Assembly (NCBI RefSeq): GCF_006345805.1
Contig: NC_042998.1
Location: forward strand, 189,534,001-189,598,000
DNA length: 64,000 nucleotides
Origin: Octopus sinensis
Taxonomy: Eukaryota
Direction of reading: 5' to 3'
The stretch's first letter is position 1; each line of letters starts with the position of its first letter. The position numbers and the translations under genes were made by a program. This document shows positions 11,376 through 25,304 of this stretch, piece after piece. A model generated the notes under the pieces. That model was given only the letters and a program-made list of their open reading frames with translations, was not told the origin of the DNA and made no database searches.

Positions 11376-12849
11376 TATATTAAAAGAAAAAAAAAATCGA
11401 CAAAAAGCTGATTACCTCCCTTGAAAGAATAAGTGCAGCAACAGTAACCCTGTTCATCTAACTGTTGATAGTTAAGTAAACTACTCAGATATTCGTCATT
11501 AATGAACCAAAGGAGCTTCTATTTAGTCAACCAGCTTGCTAGAAATAGCAACCAAATCTCCCTTAAAACACACATCCTATCACCTGTTAAAATAAAAAAC
11601 AAAACACATTGGATATTATCCTTATACACTTTCTTTGAAAAATGGTGAGATGTTGAAGGCCTTTGATCCTAAGTCTACTTGACCAGATTTGCTCTGAGAT
11701 AAACGATAAAAACAAAGATTGGTATTCTGGCTACACATAGACACAAACATACAAGGAACTGAACTTAGTACAACTCCTTATTGAACCATTTATCAATTTT
11801 ATGTTGCTGCCACTGCTTATAACAGCTATACAGAGGATCCTTAATTTGTTTATATAGTAATTGATAACTAATGTCACTAGACAAAAATATACAACGGAAC
11901 AAACAGCTGACCAATACTAGTCTTTCTATTTATGACATGAAAGAAAGAAAGGTTTTTAATTACATATTCCAACATTGTTAACGGGTTAATACGAAAACTG
12001 TATATTAAGTTATTTGTCCATTAATTCACATAAAAGTACCAGTTTCGCACCGGGGTCGATATAATCGACTTAATCCCTTTGTCTGTCCTTGTTTGTCCTC
12101 TCTATGTTTAGCCCCTTGTGGGTAGTAAAGAAATATATATTCTTTCATTGGCATATCTTTCCAAGCATCACAGTTAAAACACAAGTTAACGCTTAAGTAA
12201 ATAATTATATATGTAAGGTACTACTTGAGAACAGTGGTCCCGGTGCGCGCACTCGCGCTAGCTAGTCATGACTAGTCGATCCTTACTTTGTGTTTTTGTG
12301 TGTTATTTACATTGTTTAAAAAATTATTTACTTTGTGTTTTTGTGTTTTATTTGCTTTGTTTAACAAAAATTATTTACTTTGTGTAAAAAAATTATTTAT
12401 TTTGTGTTTTATTTACTTTGCTAGGTAGTCGTTGTAGGTAAATTATATTTATATATATAATAATAATAATAATAATATATAGGCGATATATATATAATAA
12501 TAATGAAATTATTGTATACAGTGCTTAGGTGCACCACAATGCTCGTATATATATATATGAGATGTGACCGTGAGAAGGGCTTGTCCCCTAATTATAGTGA
12601 TTGTATTTAGAAAAGGCAGTAAAAATAATACAAGTAACTTTAAAACAAAATCAATTCACCTTGGGAACACGAAATCGTTGATGCAGGGGTCATGTTTAAC
12701 AATACAAAGAATACCGAATCCTTTATTTGACGTTTATAAATATGCTATAGTCTCACGATTAGGTATTGTATTAAATAAGAAGACGAATGTAGGAAAATCG
12801 AATTTATAACAGTATTTGCGTGAAAATATTCGATAAAACTCTGACTTAC

Positions 12850-12910
12850 CGAATAAGTTACAACCAAAGCATCGGGCACATGTGTTTTACCGGTGTTCAC
12901 ACAAAATTTG
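12850..12910 (-). other. Possible non-coding first exon / promoter-proximal region of PTCD1
   Basis: The first coding exon has an acceptor upstream of its ATG, so a 5' UTR exon is implied. A consensus donor G|GTAAGTCAG lies at 12841-12850 and another, AG|GTGAAT, near 12660. The upstream boundary is a guess. Confidence 0.3.
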
Positions 12911-13029
12911 TCGCTTTGTATAAAATGGACATAGACAATGCGTGATATATTTTTGTCTTTTATTAAATTCTTTATCTGCTGAAGTTTGGCTGTTGCTTCT
13001 CTGACGTAAAATATTTGTGCACATTTACA

Positions 13030-13377
13030 CATGTATGTATGTATGTATGTATGTATGTATGTATGTATGTATGTATGTGTGTATGTGTGTGTGTGTGTGT
13101 GGTGTGTGTATGTATGTATGTATGTATGTGTGTATGTATGTGTGTATGCATGTATGTATGCATGTATGTATGCATGTATGTATGTATGTATGTATGTATG
13201 TATGTGTGTATGTATGTATGTATGTATGTATGTATGTATGTATACATGCATGCATGTATGTATGTATGCATGCATGTATGTATGTATGCATGTATGCATG
13301 TATGTATGCATGCATGTATGTATGTATGCATGCATGCATGCATGTATGTATGTATGTATGTATGTATGTATGTATGT

Positions 13378-13439
<62 letters not shown>

Positions 13440-13610
13440 ATGTATGTGTGTATGTATGTGTGTATGCATGTATGTATGCATGTATGTATGCATGTATGTA
13501 TGTATGTATGCATGCATGCATGTATGTATGTATGCATGTATGCATGTATGTATGCATGCATGTATGTATGTATGCATGCATGCATGCATGTATGTATGTA
13601 TGTATGTATG

Positions 13611-13649
<39 letters not shown>

Positions 13650-13893
13650 ATGCATGTATGCATGTATGTATGCATGCATGTATGTATGTATGCATGCATG
13701 CATGTATGTATGTATGTATGTATGTGTGTGTGCATGTATGTATGTGTGTATGTATGTGTGTGTATGTATGTATGTATGTGCGTATGTGTGTGTGTATGTA
13801 TGTATGTATGTATGTATGTATGTATGCATGTATGCATGTATGTATGTATGTGTGCATGCATGCATGCATGTATGTATGTATGTATGTATGTAT
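13030..13893. repeat. Compound (TATG/CATG/TG)n microsatellite
   Basis: Directly visible. Source of the spurious HTYI/MYVC ORFs. Confidence 0.97.
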
Positions 13894-14419
13894 GTTAGAT
13901 CTTTAGCTGGGCTAAAAAGTCACATTTGATCACAGTACCAGTAATAGTTAAGCTTCGTGCAATGGCCATACTCGATAACGAGAGAGCAGCCATAATAATG
14001 TATGTATGTATGTACGCACGTACGTATGTATGTGTGTCTGTGTTTATGTATGTATATATGTATATATGTATATATGTATGTATGATGTATTATATTTTTT
14101 TTAAAGTTTTAACACATTCTTCTGAGAGGGAGGGGGCTACGCTTATGTTGTTGCTTAGCTCTAAATGAACCCTTATCAAGCAAATATATCATCAAAGTCA
14201 TTCCACTCGTGATCATCTCGTATTTCTATTTCAAGACAGGACAGGACATGTTGCATGTAGGACAACACTATCCCTTGTGCCCTATCCAATTTTTTCAAGA
14301 GGAAAGGGTTCGAATTTAAGTGAGATTAAATCTGCTACATCGAGCAAGTACGCTCAGACTGGAAAGGTTGATATTGAATTGGAAGTCATGCAGATAGACG
14401 ATTGTAAAGAAAACCCGAT

Positions 14420-14658
14420 TATATATTTCTTTATTGTCCACAAGGGGCTAAACATAGAGGGGACAAACAAAGACAGACAAAGGGATTAAGTCGATTACAT
14501 CGACCCCCAGAGCGAAACTGGTTGTTTATTTATCGACCCCGAAAGGATGAAAGGCAAAGTCGACCTCGGCGGAATTTGAACTCAGAACGTAACGGCAGAC
14601 GAAATACGGCTACGCATTTCGCCCGGCGTGCTAACGATTCTGCTAGCTCGCCGCCTTA
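14420..14658 (-). mobile_element. tRNA-related SINE (ggcggcgagctggcaga family)
   Basis: Full-length reverse copy ending gctcgccgcctt on the + strand. Confidence 0.85.
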
Positions 14659-14893
14659 AAACTTATTATAAAACTGCTACGTGGATTTTTCTTTTATTCG
14701 GTCAGAAAAGACGGCTGGTGATTATCCCATTAATTCTGGAATGTCTCCTCCAGTCAAGTATGTTCGATACAGTTGATAATCTGATTGAGCTTCTGTTGGG
14801 AAACCATAGGTAAGGAAAAAGTTGAAGGTAGCTGCTGTTTTGAATAGGAGAGGCTGGAAAGTGTTTAGTGAAAGTCTTAGTGGGGATATTCTT

Positions 14894-15298
14894 ATTTCTT
14901 TATTGCCCACAAGGGGCTAAATATAGAGGGGACAAACAAAGGTATTAAGTCGATTACATCGACCCCAGTGCGTAACTGGTACTTAATTTATCGATCCCCG
15001 AAAGACGAAAGGCAAAGTCGACCTCGGCGGAATTTGAATTCAGAACGTAACGGCAGACGAAATACCTGTTTCTTTATTACCCACAAGGAGCTAAACACAG
15101 AGAGGACAAACAAGGACAGACAAACGAATTTAGTCGATTATATCGACCCCAGTGCGTAACTGGTACTTATTTAATCGACCCCGAAAGGATGAAAGGCAAA
15201 GTCGACCTCGGCGGAATTTGAACTCAGAACGTAACGGCAGACGAAATACTGGTAAGTATTTCGCCCGGCGTGCTAACGTTTCTGCCAGCTCGCCGCCT
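14894..15298 (-). mobile_element. Tandem dimer of tRNA-related SINE
   Basis: One truncated plus one full copy inside a single tagtggggatattctt duplication (~14878 and ~15299). Confidence 0.85.
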
Positions 15299-15927
15299 TA
15301 GTGGGGATATTCTTTATTAATGATGGGAGGTTAAGAAACAGGCGTATTTAGTTTGGTTAGGAATAATACACAGTTTGATAGGCAAAGAAGCAAGAACAAT
15401 CGAACAGCAATGGAAATGTTGCCTGGAATGTTTGCGTGTTAATATTCTACAAAGCATCTGTATCCATATTTTTGTGGATAGAGCATGAAACTTTTGCACA
15501 GCCATTTTGGCGCTGCCCATTTGGTGTTATTGATTTGACGCTGACTTACTTGACATCAGACGTTGTTCCTCCCCAACTCTGTCTCTGTATTTAAGCGTTT
15601 GATCATATTTTTTATGTGTATAAGGAGAAAGGAAATGTGTATGTGAATCGGATTCAGTCAATAAAATCGTAATCTCTCTCTTTCTCTTCCCTTTCTCTCT
15701 GTGTATATTCCAACGCACGCTTGTCTCGTGCCAAAAATTAATGGTGACGAAAAAAAGGTTCAATGTCCAGCCAACCGTGTCAAGTCACTAGTGTCCAAAC
15801 AGCCACACCCTAAGTCTTCATTCCAATGTTGGCAGTAATCTTATGAGAGTGATGTGTATCACGGTTACTTTTGGTTATTTTTGCGATGTACACCATTTGC
15901 ATACATATGTACAGATGTGTATAAATA

Positions 15928-16128
15928 TATTTCTTTACTACCCACAAGGGGCTAAACCCAGAAGGGGACAAACAAGGACAGACAAACGGATTAAGTCGAT
16001 TATATCGACCCCAGTGCGTAACTGGTACTTAATTTATCGGCGGAATTTGAACTCAGAACGTAACAGCAGACGAAATACGGCTACGCATTTCGCCCGGCGT
16101 GCTAACGATTCTGTCAGCTCGCCGCCTT
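15928..16128 (-). mobile_element. tRNA-related SINE with internal deletion
   Basis: Family match, flanked by the atgtgtataaatat duplication. Confidence 0.8.
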
Positions 16129-16479
16129 ACAAATGTGTATAAATATTCAGATGAATAAATATTTTATTTCTAATCTTTTTATCCGAGAGGGAGGAACAGT
16201 GCTTGTGTTGCTGTTGTTTAGCCCTTATCGAGCAGACATATGGTCAAAGACATTCCACCTATACCAGCCATTCCGTAATCTAGTATGTAATATATTTTGT
16301 TAATAAATGCGTTGAAATATGGTAACTCATTTGTCTTGCTTTTTTGAAGATATATATTACGTAATTTTGTAGCAAATTTTCCATGCAAAATACAGGTTGC
16401 GACTTATAGACGAGCGCAACTTATACACGAATAAATACAGTATATAGACACACACACATATACGCGCACATAGACACAG

Positions 16480-16512
<33 letters not shown>

Positions 16513-17118
16513 ACACACACACACACATACATGACTCTCCTCCTCTCATACGCATATTCCTCTTGAAAGACTGTATGTTCGCAGTTTCAGAAAAAAAGCA
16601 TATGCAGGGATGGGGGATTTTAGAAAGTAGACTGAGGAAGGAATCGTAGTTGGGATTATGTGGGCCTGTGTTGAAAGGGTTTACACAGTATGGATGACAG
16701 GAGGAATAGCTGCATTGGTGAGGTGAGATATGTGTATTTAAATGTGATAAGATTCTTATTGGACATAGCTACTGGAGCAGCAAAGTTTTCAGTACAACTG
16801 TAACTAACTTTAACATTATTTCATTGAAGATTCGGTGAAATTTATTATTCGTGGGTGTATTTTTTAAATGAAGTTTAGCAATCATCTCACACTATCAAAA
16901 TGACATTCTAATATAAACGTGAATGAGAAATACATTTTATTGATGTTCTCTATCGGCAATATTTTGTCTACATATAATATATTTTCTTTAAAGCTGTTTT
17001 TAATGCATTCTTATAATAGCAAAGACTCCTCGAAAGAGAATACATCAAAGATTCGTTCGAAAATCTTACTAAATTTTATAAAATAGTGAAGTTAGATGTA
17101 GACCAAAGTTTTTATAAA

Positions 17119-17511
17119 TCTCTCTATATATAAAGCTAAAGTTGTCTGTGTATGGCAGGTTTGGTAGCCTTCAACTAACACTATCTCCTCTGAGACACTG
17201 CAGCACAAGTTGACCAAAATTGAGAGTATAATAGAAGAATGCTTGCTCTTCCTTCTGTAGAAGAAAAATATCCAAATCGGACCATGTTAACACCAAAAAT
17301 TATTTACATCAAAAAGGTGCTTTTTTTCTATGAAAATCCCTATTATTTACGATTTTTTGACTGCTGTGTCGTCATTTTTCGGTGTATTTCAACAAGAAAA
17401 ATGTTCACTTAAAGAGAATAACAAGCTACATAATGCAAAAGTTTTACTTTTAAAAAATTCCAATTCTAAAGGGTCGAAACAAACCCGAGCAAAACCGGGC
17501 GATACTGCTAG
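17119..17511 (+). mobile_element. Non-autonomous Helitron
   Basis: A|TCTCTCTATATA start; cccgagcaaaaccggg hairpin followed by gatactgCTAG|T at the end. Confidence 0.8.
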
Positions 17512-18715
17512 TGTATTGTAAAATTTCATTGGGTAGGCTACGTGGGTTGTATTTTCCAATGTTTAATTTTTCTGTTATGTTTAAGAAATTAACAATATTT
17601 ATGTTGGTACTAACAAAGTTATTTAAGTTAAACCTTTAATTATGTTAATTAGGTCTTTCCTATCTAGAAAGAGGCCGTTTTTTTATTACGTGAGATAATC
17701 AATCCATCGAATTTTGCCCGGAATGAGTCTACGATGAATAAAACTATTAACTTAGATTTCATCAAAACATCTAATGGAATGACAAATAGTTCCGTATTAC
17801 TACGTTTGACTCAAAAATGAATCATAAAAAAGAAATAATTTTCTAGAGTGCATAATTATGTTATACACACACTCATAATTAGGGTAAATCTATAGAATTT
17901 TAAAACAATTTGAAGACATTCGGCTAGAGATGGATAAAACTCAACGATATCAAATCGGGTGTATTTACTGTTATGCTTATCATTTGTACCTTTAAGCCAT
18001 TTTAGGGCAGAGATACTAGTATTCGAAGGGCTTGATTGGTGGTTTATTTAATGCTAATGTTAATCGATCCTAAAATAGTCTTGTTTTAACTAATTTGCTT
18101 TTAGCAGGATTTATAAGTCGGAATTTCAGTCTGCTAAAAGTTATATTTATGTTTTCTTTTCAATGTTATTTTGAGGTTAGCCGCAAATTCTTTCGCTTGG
18201 GGGTGCTTCCCCCGCTTCGCAAATATAAGGACACAGGAAATGTGTCAAAGCCGACAGGAAGCGTCGATGCTTCCTAGAGCTAAATAGCGGTGTGTGATTC
18301 CCTTTACGGGACTGTCGCGTTAAATTGACAGTTTACAACCACTCTAAATTATATGTATTATTTTAAAATATTTTTATGTAAAATTGCCGGAAAGATATCT
18401 TGTAGACGTAGGGTTTTCTGTCTTAACATATTTTTGCTTCATCAGATAATATATGTATACGTTAAAATTTTCAAAAATCTCATCTTCTTTTCTAATTGTC
18501 ATGGAAATCATTAGAATATTTCTTACATTTTACCTTTTTAACCACATGAAGACGATCTACTTCAAATACTTCTCACATCTCGTTCAGTAATGATTAACTG
18601 AGCTTTTGAACCCGTATTTATCATCCGTGGGTTCATAATTACTTCCTTTCTCGAGAACAACCACTTTCCGTTTCATACATCTTACAAAGTGATCTGTTTT
18701 TTTAAAAATTTGTTA

Positions 18716-19441
18716 ATACATACATACATACAAACATACACACACACATACATACATACATACATACATACTACATACATGCATACACACACACATACAT
18801 ACACACACACATACATACACACATACATACATACACACATACATACACACATACATACATACACATATACATACATACATACATACATACATACATACAT
18901 ACATACATACATACACGCATACATACATACACCCATACATACATACATACATACATACATACATACATACACACATATACATACATGCATACATACATAC
19001 ATACATACATACACATACATACATACATACATACACACACATGCATACATGCATACATACATACATACATACATGCATGCATGCATGCATGCATACATAC
19101 ATACATACATGCATGTATGCATACATACATACATGCATGCATGCATGCATACATACATACATACATACATTCATACATACATACATACATACATACACAT
19201 ACATACATACATGCATGCATGCATACATACACACATACATACATACATACATACAAACATACATACATGCATACATACATACATACATGCATACATACAT
19301 ACATACAGACATACATACATACATACATACAAACATACATGCATACATACATACATACATACACACACATACATACATACACACATACACACATACATAC
19401 ATACACACATACATACATACATACATACATACATACATACA

Positions 19442-19470
<29 letters not shown>
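18716..19470. repeat. Compound (CATA/CATG)n microsatellite
   Basis: Directly visible. Confidence 0.97.
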
Positions 19471-19472
<2 letters not shown>

Positions 19473-19473
19473 G

Positions 19474-20140
19474 CTGGGTGTTCGGACTAATTATTCTAGG
19501 AACAGCTTGATGTATTGGTGAGCACTCAACGGCGTTGGAGATCATCAACATTAAAGATGTAGCTGAGGAAAAGTGAGCTGATATGGAGGACTGGAAACCA
19601 CCTGAGTATGCGAAAAGAGTTACCTGTTTCATGATGATTCTTGCGCCTGAATTCATCTACCATCTTTGAACAGAACCTTAGGCTCATTTCAAACGGCTAT
19701 GTGAAGCTGCTGGAGACCAGTCAATCCCAAGCTGGAAAGAGTTCTTGCTGGAAGGTCATATGCGTGACCACAAGATTCGATTCTTGGCCGCACCTCCGGA
19801 AACATTAAAAAAAAATGGTTATCGGAGAATTTCTACGACTTCATCAGCCTCAATTTAAGGTAACTTAATTCCATCGATTGTAATTCCATGGATTGCAATG
19901 TATGGGGCGCAGTCGAGAAAACACTAACCGATCTTTCAGCAATACCAAGGCCTGAGCTGGTAGCCAAGGTCAATGAAGTTTTCAGAGATATTCTCAGGGA
20001 CACAGTGAAGAACTCATGCGCCAGATTCCGGAGCCATAATCTACTTGATATTTTTTGATTAAAATAAAAATGCTTTTATTTTTGGATGGAATATTGCCTT
20101 CTTTACCTTATATACAAACTATCAAATTTAGTCCGAACAC
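19474..20140 (+). mobile_element. Degenerate Tc1/mariner-superfamily element
   Basis: TIRs gtgttcggactaa (19478) / ttagtccgaacac (20128). Internal NSIDCNSMDCNVWG resembles the SPDLNPLDY-VW motif. Confidence 0.65.
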
Positions 20141-20157
20141 ACACACACACACACACA

Positions 20158-20373
20158 CGAGTGGGGGCTGAAAAGTTCCTGGTCTTGGGCAAAAGAAAAT
20201 ACAGAAGGATCTGTTAATTATGATTTTATTCAACATATTCCCCTCTCAGATTCACACACTGGTTGCAGCGGTCCTTCAGTTTTCTAAGCCCTGTAAAAGA
20301 ACTTGGAAGGTTAGGCCTCCAACCAAGCTTTTCGCGACACCCTTGAAGTCAGGAATTTTTCGGCCCCACCTCG
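20158..20373. mobile_element. mariner-type MITE
   Basis: Imperfect TIRs cgagtgggggctgaaaagttcctg / caggaatttttcggccccacctcg|TA. A related fragment lies at 33885-34000. Confidence 0.7.
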
Positions 20374-20374
20374 T

Positions 20375-20510
<136 letters not shown>

Positions 20511-21004
20511 TTATATAATTTCTTAGGATGAATCAAAATATTTTGTGGGGCGAATATAGTATGCTGTTCCAACATCAGCTTGTAAACAATAGATAAAATT
20601 TGTGGGAAATTAGATACGTTCATTATTATGACTCAGATTGAATGATACAAAATATTTAATTTTGATTGAATAAATAACGTCCCCTAAATATATAGACTCT
20701 AGTTTGACGAAACATATAACACAAAAACATCACTAAATCAATGTTGAAATTATCAAGCCTCAAAATGTTAAAAGTCTGGGTTAGATTTTGGTTTGAGGTT
20801 AAGATTTAAGTTTGGATTCTAGGGTTATGATTAGGGAAATATCTTCCAGAAACGTATTTGCTGATCTCAAAGTTGTCATATCTGTGTTGGCACAACTTAT
20901 TCGATCACTGGGCGTTAAGAAGATCACTATATCGATTTCGAATTAATAAAATGTATTTTCAGCCAAATAATAACAAAATGGTGTTTATAAAAAAAAATAT
21001 ATAA

Positions 21005-21252
21005 ATGCGCCCTTTTTAAAGCCTAGCCAGGCTCATGGGCCTGGTTTCCCGGTTTCTATGGTGCATGTGTTCCCCAGCTGGATGGGACGGCAGTCCATCG
21101 CAGCGTTACTCATTTTTGCCAGCTGAGTGGACTGGAGCAACGTGAAATGAAGTGTTTTGCTCAAGAACACAACGCGTCGCCCGGTCCAGGAACCGAAACC
21201 ACAATCTTACGATCATGATGCTGACACCCTAACCACTAAGCCACGCGCCTCC
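21005..21252 (-). mobile_element. tRNA-derived CORE-like SINE
   Basis: Minus strand ggaggcgcgtggcttagtggttaggg...gtttcggttcc head, then ttcttgagcaaaacact. Confidence 0.75.
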
Positions 21253-21840
21253 ACGTGTTTTTTTTAAATATTATCTGGTAAATAGAATATTTATCTTTCT
21301 TTGTATATATATATCATTACAAATTTACAGTTTTCAATAAAATTTCAATCGTCATATTTTCAAACATTGGGGTTTTCTTAAACTTTGCCAAATATTTACA
21401 CCAAATATTTGAATTGCCATCTGAAACCCCCCCCCCCCAAGAAAAATCGGCCAATTTTTATGAAATTAAATATAAATGAAATTCTGTACCTCAATGGTCC
21501 AATTAAAGTTAAACATTAAAAAATCGGGAAATCCTGAATCAAAATATCTATAATCCACACATTCTTTTCTTAGTCTTGAGTATTCTGGCTGGTTTTATGA
21601 TCTCTCCGTCTGACCTCTTGACAGATATAGACACATTTTTAAGAACGGCGTTTCTCATTCCAATATTTCTATTGTTTTTCGTTCCTGAATTCCTGAACTT
21701 GATCCTGGTCGCGCAAGAAGTTGTATTGATCTGCAAATAATTACAACGAAATTCTACCAACCTCTTTGAAGATTAGGATTCTTTTTGATCACCAGTTCTG
21801 TCTCCTTGGATCCTTGCTTGAACTCCAAATCAAAGAAAAT

Positions 21841-21944
21841 CATCATCGTCGTCGTAATCATTATCATCATCATCGTCGTTGTCACCACCACTACCACCAC
21901 CACCACCACCACCACCACCACCACCACCACCACCACCACCACCA
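21841..21944. repeat. (CAT)n/(CAC)n microsatellite
   Basis: Directly visible. Confidence 0.95.
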
Positions 21945-24094
21945 GTTTTTTTTTTAAAGGAAGCCTATTTTGCCATTTGCAGTCTTAATTAACCCTGGCT
22001 GCTGTATCATGCAAAAGTAATGTGTTTTTAGTTATTTACAAAAGCAATTTCTATTCAGACAAAATTGTATATTAGCAAACAACACTCTATAAAGATAATC
22101 TATAATAACTGACACAGAGCAACTTTTATTACACTCTTTTGGCTCTTCATATCTCCGGGCTAGGCCCATGCCCCAGCGTAGCCACAGCGCATAGACTTGG
22201 ACAAGTAAAAGAGTATTTTAAAAGTGTTTTACTGTAGCTAATGTTGACTTGGTAAAAAAATTCTTAGAAACATAAAATGCACGATAAGCAAAATATCACG
22301 ATGATTAGAACTTTATTTATTGTGAACCACGAGACTGATACGAACTCTAAATTTTTTTTCACTATCTGAATATAGTGTTGTTTGTGACAAAGATCATATC
22401 TAGCAATATCAAAGCGGTTACGGGCTTTTGATTGTAGGGAACTCATCTGACTAAAAGCAGATTAAGCAATAGCATAAAACTTTACTTGCTTCTAGGAAAG
22501 TGGTAAATTCCTAGTAATTTCACTACCTTCCCATAAATTATTATAACTATGTTTGAATCTATCTTTAAACATTTCATCACTGCAATTCAATGAAGCTTTC
22601 CCGTAACGTAAGGGCAATATCAGTGGCTTTTATCTGAAATGGATCAAACCCAAATCTCTAGTAAGTCGCTGAATTGAATTTTAGTATTACTGTACATATA
22701 TTTCAAATACTCAACATATGAAGGAAGTTTATAATCTTACAGTGCAATGCCAAAGGAAACCATGGGCAGAAACCAGCTTCTGACGTTCTATATTGATATT
22801 GAATAACTGGTGTTTTCCATGAATGCAGTAATAGACTCTTGGAAAAGTTATAAGGTTACAGATTTCTGCTTGTAACTGTTTGATCAGTAAATTAAGCTTT
22901 TGAAATATACCTGAAAGGTAAAAATATATCGCATCTAAAAATAGCCAAGTGTTCACCAATCTTTTATTATTCATAAATGACACACTGCCGTTTCAAAATG
23001 CCACAAGTAACGAAGCCAATTACATTTGAATAGTCACTAGCAGAGATACCCGGCGTTGCCCGGTTACATTCAATTGAAGAATTAGACTTTTCTGTTATAC
23101 CTTCTGTAATGAACTGGAATATCTGTTTCGGATTTCATCAAAATTGCAGATGAGGGTTATTTCCCTCTTTACACACCCTAAAAAAATTGTAATCGTGCCA
23201 CATGTATCCCATACTACTGATTTTTATGCGCATATTCCAAAATTCCAGTCTTATTGAACCTGTTAAAAAGATTTTGCTCCTGAAAAATGAAGGTCATGGA
23301 GCTAAAAAATGTGAGAGTTAAGGCCCCTGTTGTGGTGGTCATCTTAATGTCAACCAGAGAAGTTGAATTGTTGAAAATCTTTTTAACTTGGGTCTTATAT
23401 CTATTGTTTGAATCTTTTCGAAATAGGAAATATATGTTCACTGGGTTGTAAAAGAGAGCAAAGCTACAGAAAACCAAAAGACGAATGATCACAATAAGCA
23501 GTCAGTTACCCTACCCTAGTCGTTACCACTCCCAATGTAGGATTCCTCACTATCCAGGTGGCAGGCGCAGCCGTAAGATGCATTACGAATCTATAGCAAT
23601 TGGAAGGGCGTGACCCAACTGAAATCAACATTAGCAACTGTGTGACGTGAGGGCTAAGGAGAAATTAAAGTGTCACCTCTGGAGTTTGCAAATGACCACA
23701 ATACTGATACGTAACTAGACAGAATAAATTTAAAATCTATAAATGTCTTTGAATAACCAGTCACTCATCTGGGAAGGCCTTGAAATCAATGTTACCATCT
23801 GGGGACTATGTGTGACCGAGTGATAATAAAAAGACTGAAAGGAGGTCTGCAATCAAATAACTTTACTCAACACTTTGCAACTGAATCAGTGGAGATTCCT
23901 CTCATTTACTTGACAATTTATGCACCACATTCCAGAAATCACAATATAAGTGTATGTCAAAGCCAACTGTTACACTGTTGTACCATTGAATTAGAAATAA
24001 TGCCCAACATTTATGCTCGAGTAACCCTACAGCTTCCAAGAGCACAACTGTATTCGTTTTTGCTTTGATAAAATGACAAAATTGTGGGTGTTAA

Positions 24095-24238
24095 GTAACT
24101 GGTACTTATTTAATCGACCCCGAAAGGATGAAAGGCAAAGTCGACCTCGGCGGAATTTGAACTCAGAACGTAGAGACAGACGAAATACGGCTACGCATTT
24201 CGCCCAGCGTGCTAACGTTTCTGCCAGCTCGCCGCTTT
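24095..24238 (-). mobile_element. tRNA-related SINE, 3'-truncated
   Basis: Family match. Confidence 0.8.
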
Positions 24239-25008
24239 AATACCTATGTGACACATTGGCTTCGTGTTGATATAATAAAATCGTCGGTTAGATATTAAAT
24301 GGAATTTGTTGACATTTTTCTTTCACACAAGAGATCGGTAATCTGTAATAATGATAAAAAAGGCAAAAATACCCATTAATCCACTAAAATAATTAATGGT
24401 ACAGAAACAATATTATGTTAGTCCTTATGTTATCAATTATCGAGAATAAATTAACATAAATTAGTTAAATTTAGAACACACACACGCGCGCGCGCACACG
24501 CACACACACGCGCGCGCGCACGCACGCACACACACACAAGAAATTGGGTTTAACAAAAGAATTGACAATTATGTTATGAACTTCATTAGCTTACAGCTGT
24601 TTCTATTATAAGATTCAATGCGCTCATATGCAAGGGATTGACTATCACCTTACAACTTCATCGGAACTTCAAACACGAAGAGCAGTTTATTTAGAGAAAC
24701 GTTTACATTTATGGATATATATATACAGAAAAGTATTACCAATGAAAAAGCATATGTATATGTTGGAAATGCAGTTCAACAGATTGAAGTGTGAAGTCCC
24801 TTCCAGAATTAGAATAAGATACGAGGTGGGAGCGTTAAGCAGTGGTATGTACAAATGCAATTTTATTAGTTCGAATACGCTGATAGCACGTTTACAAGTT
24901 CGGACTTGTAAACACGCCATTCACTGTGTTTTGTCATGGAGAAAATTTCTCGGTGTAGACAAATGGTGTAAATGCACCTAAATCAGTTCGCTGCACCACC
25001 TATCCAGA

Positions 25009-25056
25009 CTCTGAGGTGCAAGCATTTCGGAGTGGTTATTTCCTCTTCAGTCGCAG
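25009..25056 (-). ncRNA. Type I hammerhead ribozyme motif (degenerate copy)
   Basis: ctgcga CTGAAGA gga-aataaccac-tcc GAAA tgc-tt-gca cc tcagag. The core boxes are intact; the cleavage-site U is replaced by C. Confidence 0.6.
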
Positions 25057-25256
25057 AAATGGTGACAGAATGGCGGCGCTGGGAGCTGATAAGAGAGACA
25101 ATCTCTCTCATGTTATTCCAGTCAATATACGTCGGCTGGTGGCGCAAATCGACTGCTCATCGTAATTAAATTACCAGGTGGGAGCGTTAAGCAATGATCT
25201 GTATAAATTCAATGTTATTACCATCCCATAATTTAATTACGATGAGCCGTCGATTT

Positions 25257-25304
25257 CTGTGACTGAAGGGGAGATAACCACTCCGAAATATTTACTTCTC
25301 ACAG
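25257..25304 (+). ncRNA. Type I hammerhead ribozyme motif (degenerate copy)
   Basis: ctgtga CTGAAGg gga-gataaccac-tcc GAAA tatttact TC tcacag. Perfect 6-bp stem I, with an A9>G core change. Confidence 0.6.

Noticed and set aside
12745-13929. Long His/Thr/Tyr/Ile or Met/Tyr/Val/Cys ORFs (also 18682-19656 and 54697-55405)
   Set aside because: They are translations of stop-free tetranucleotide microsatellites, open in nearly all frames.
15317-15560. Possible minus-strand exon or YY1 promoter (GCCATTTTG; GTAAGTCAG)
   Set aside because: Short motifs only; there is no frame or partner exon to support it.
21754-21988. Poly-His/Thr/Val ORFs (also poly-Glu/Arg at 53400-53606)
   Set aside because: They are trinucleotide microsatellites, with no splice or domain context.
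24628-25169. 117-aa and 65-aa ORFs inside the hammerhead repeat
   Set aside because: No recognisable domain, and the frames are not preserved in the inverted copies.
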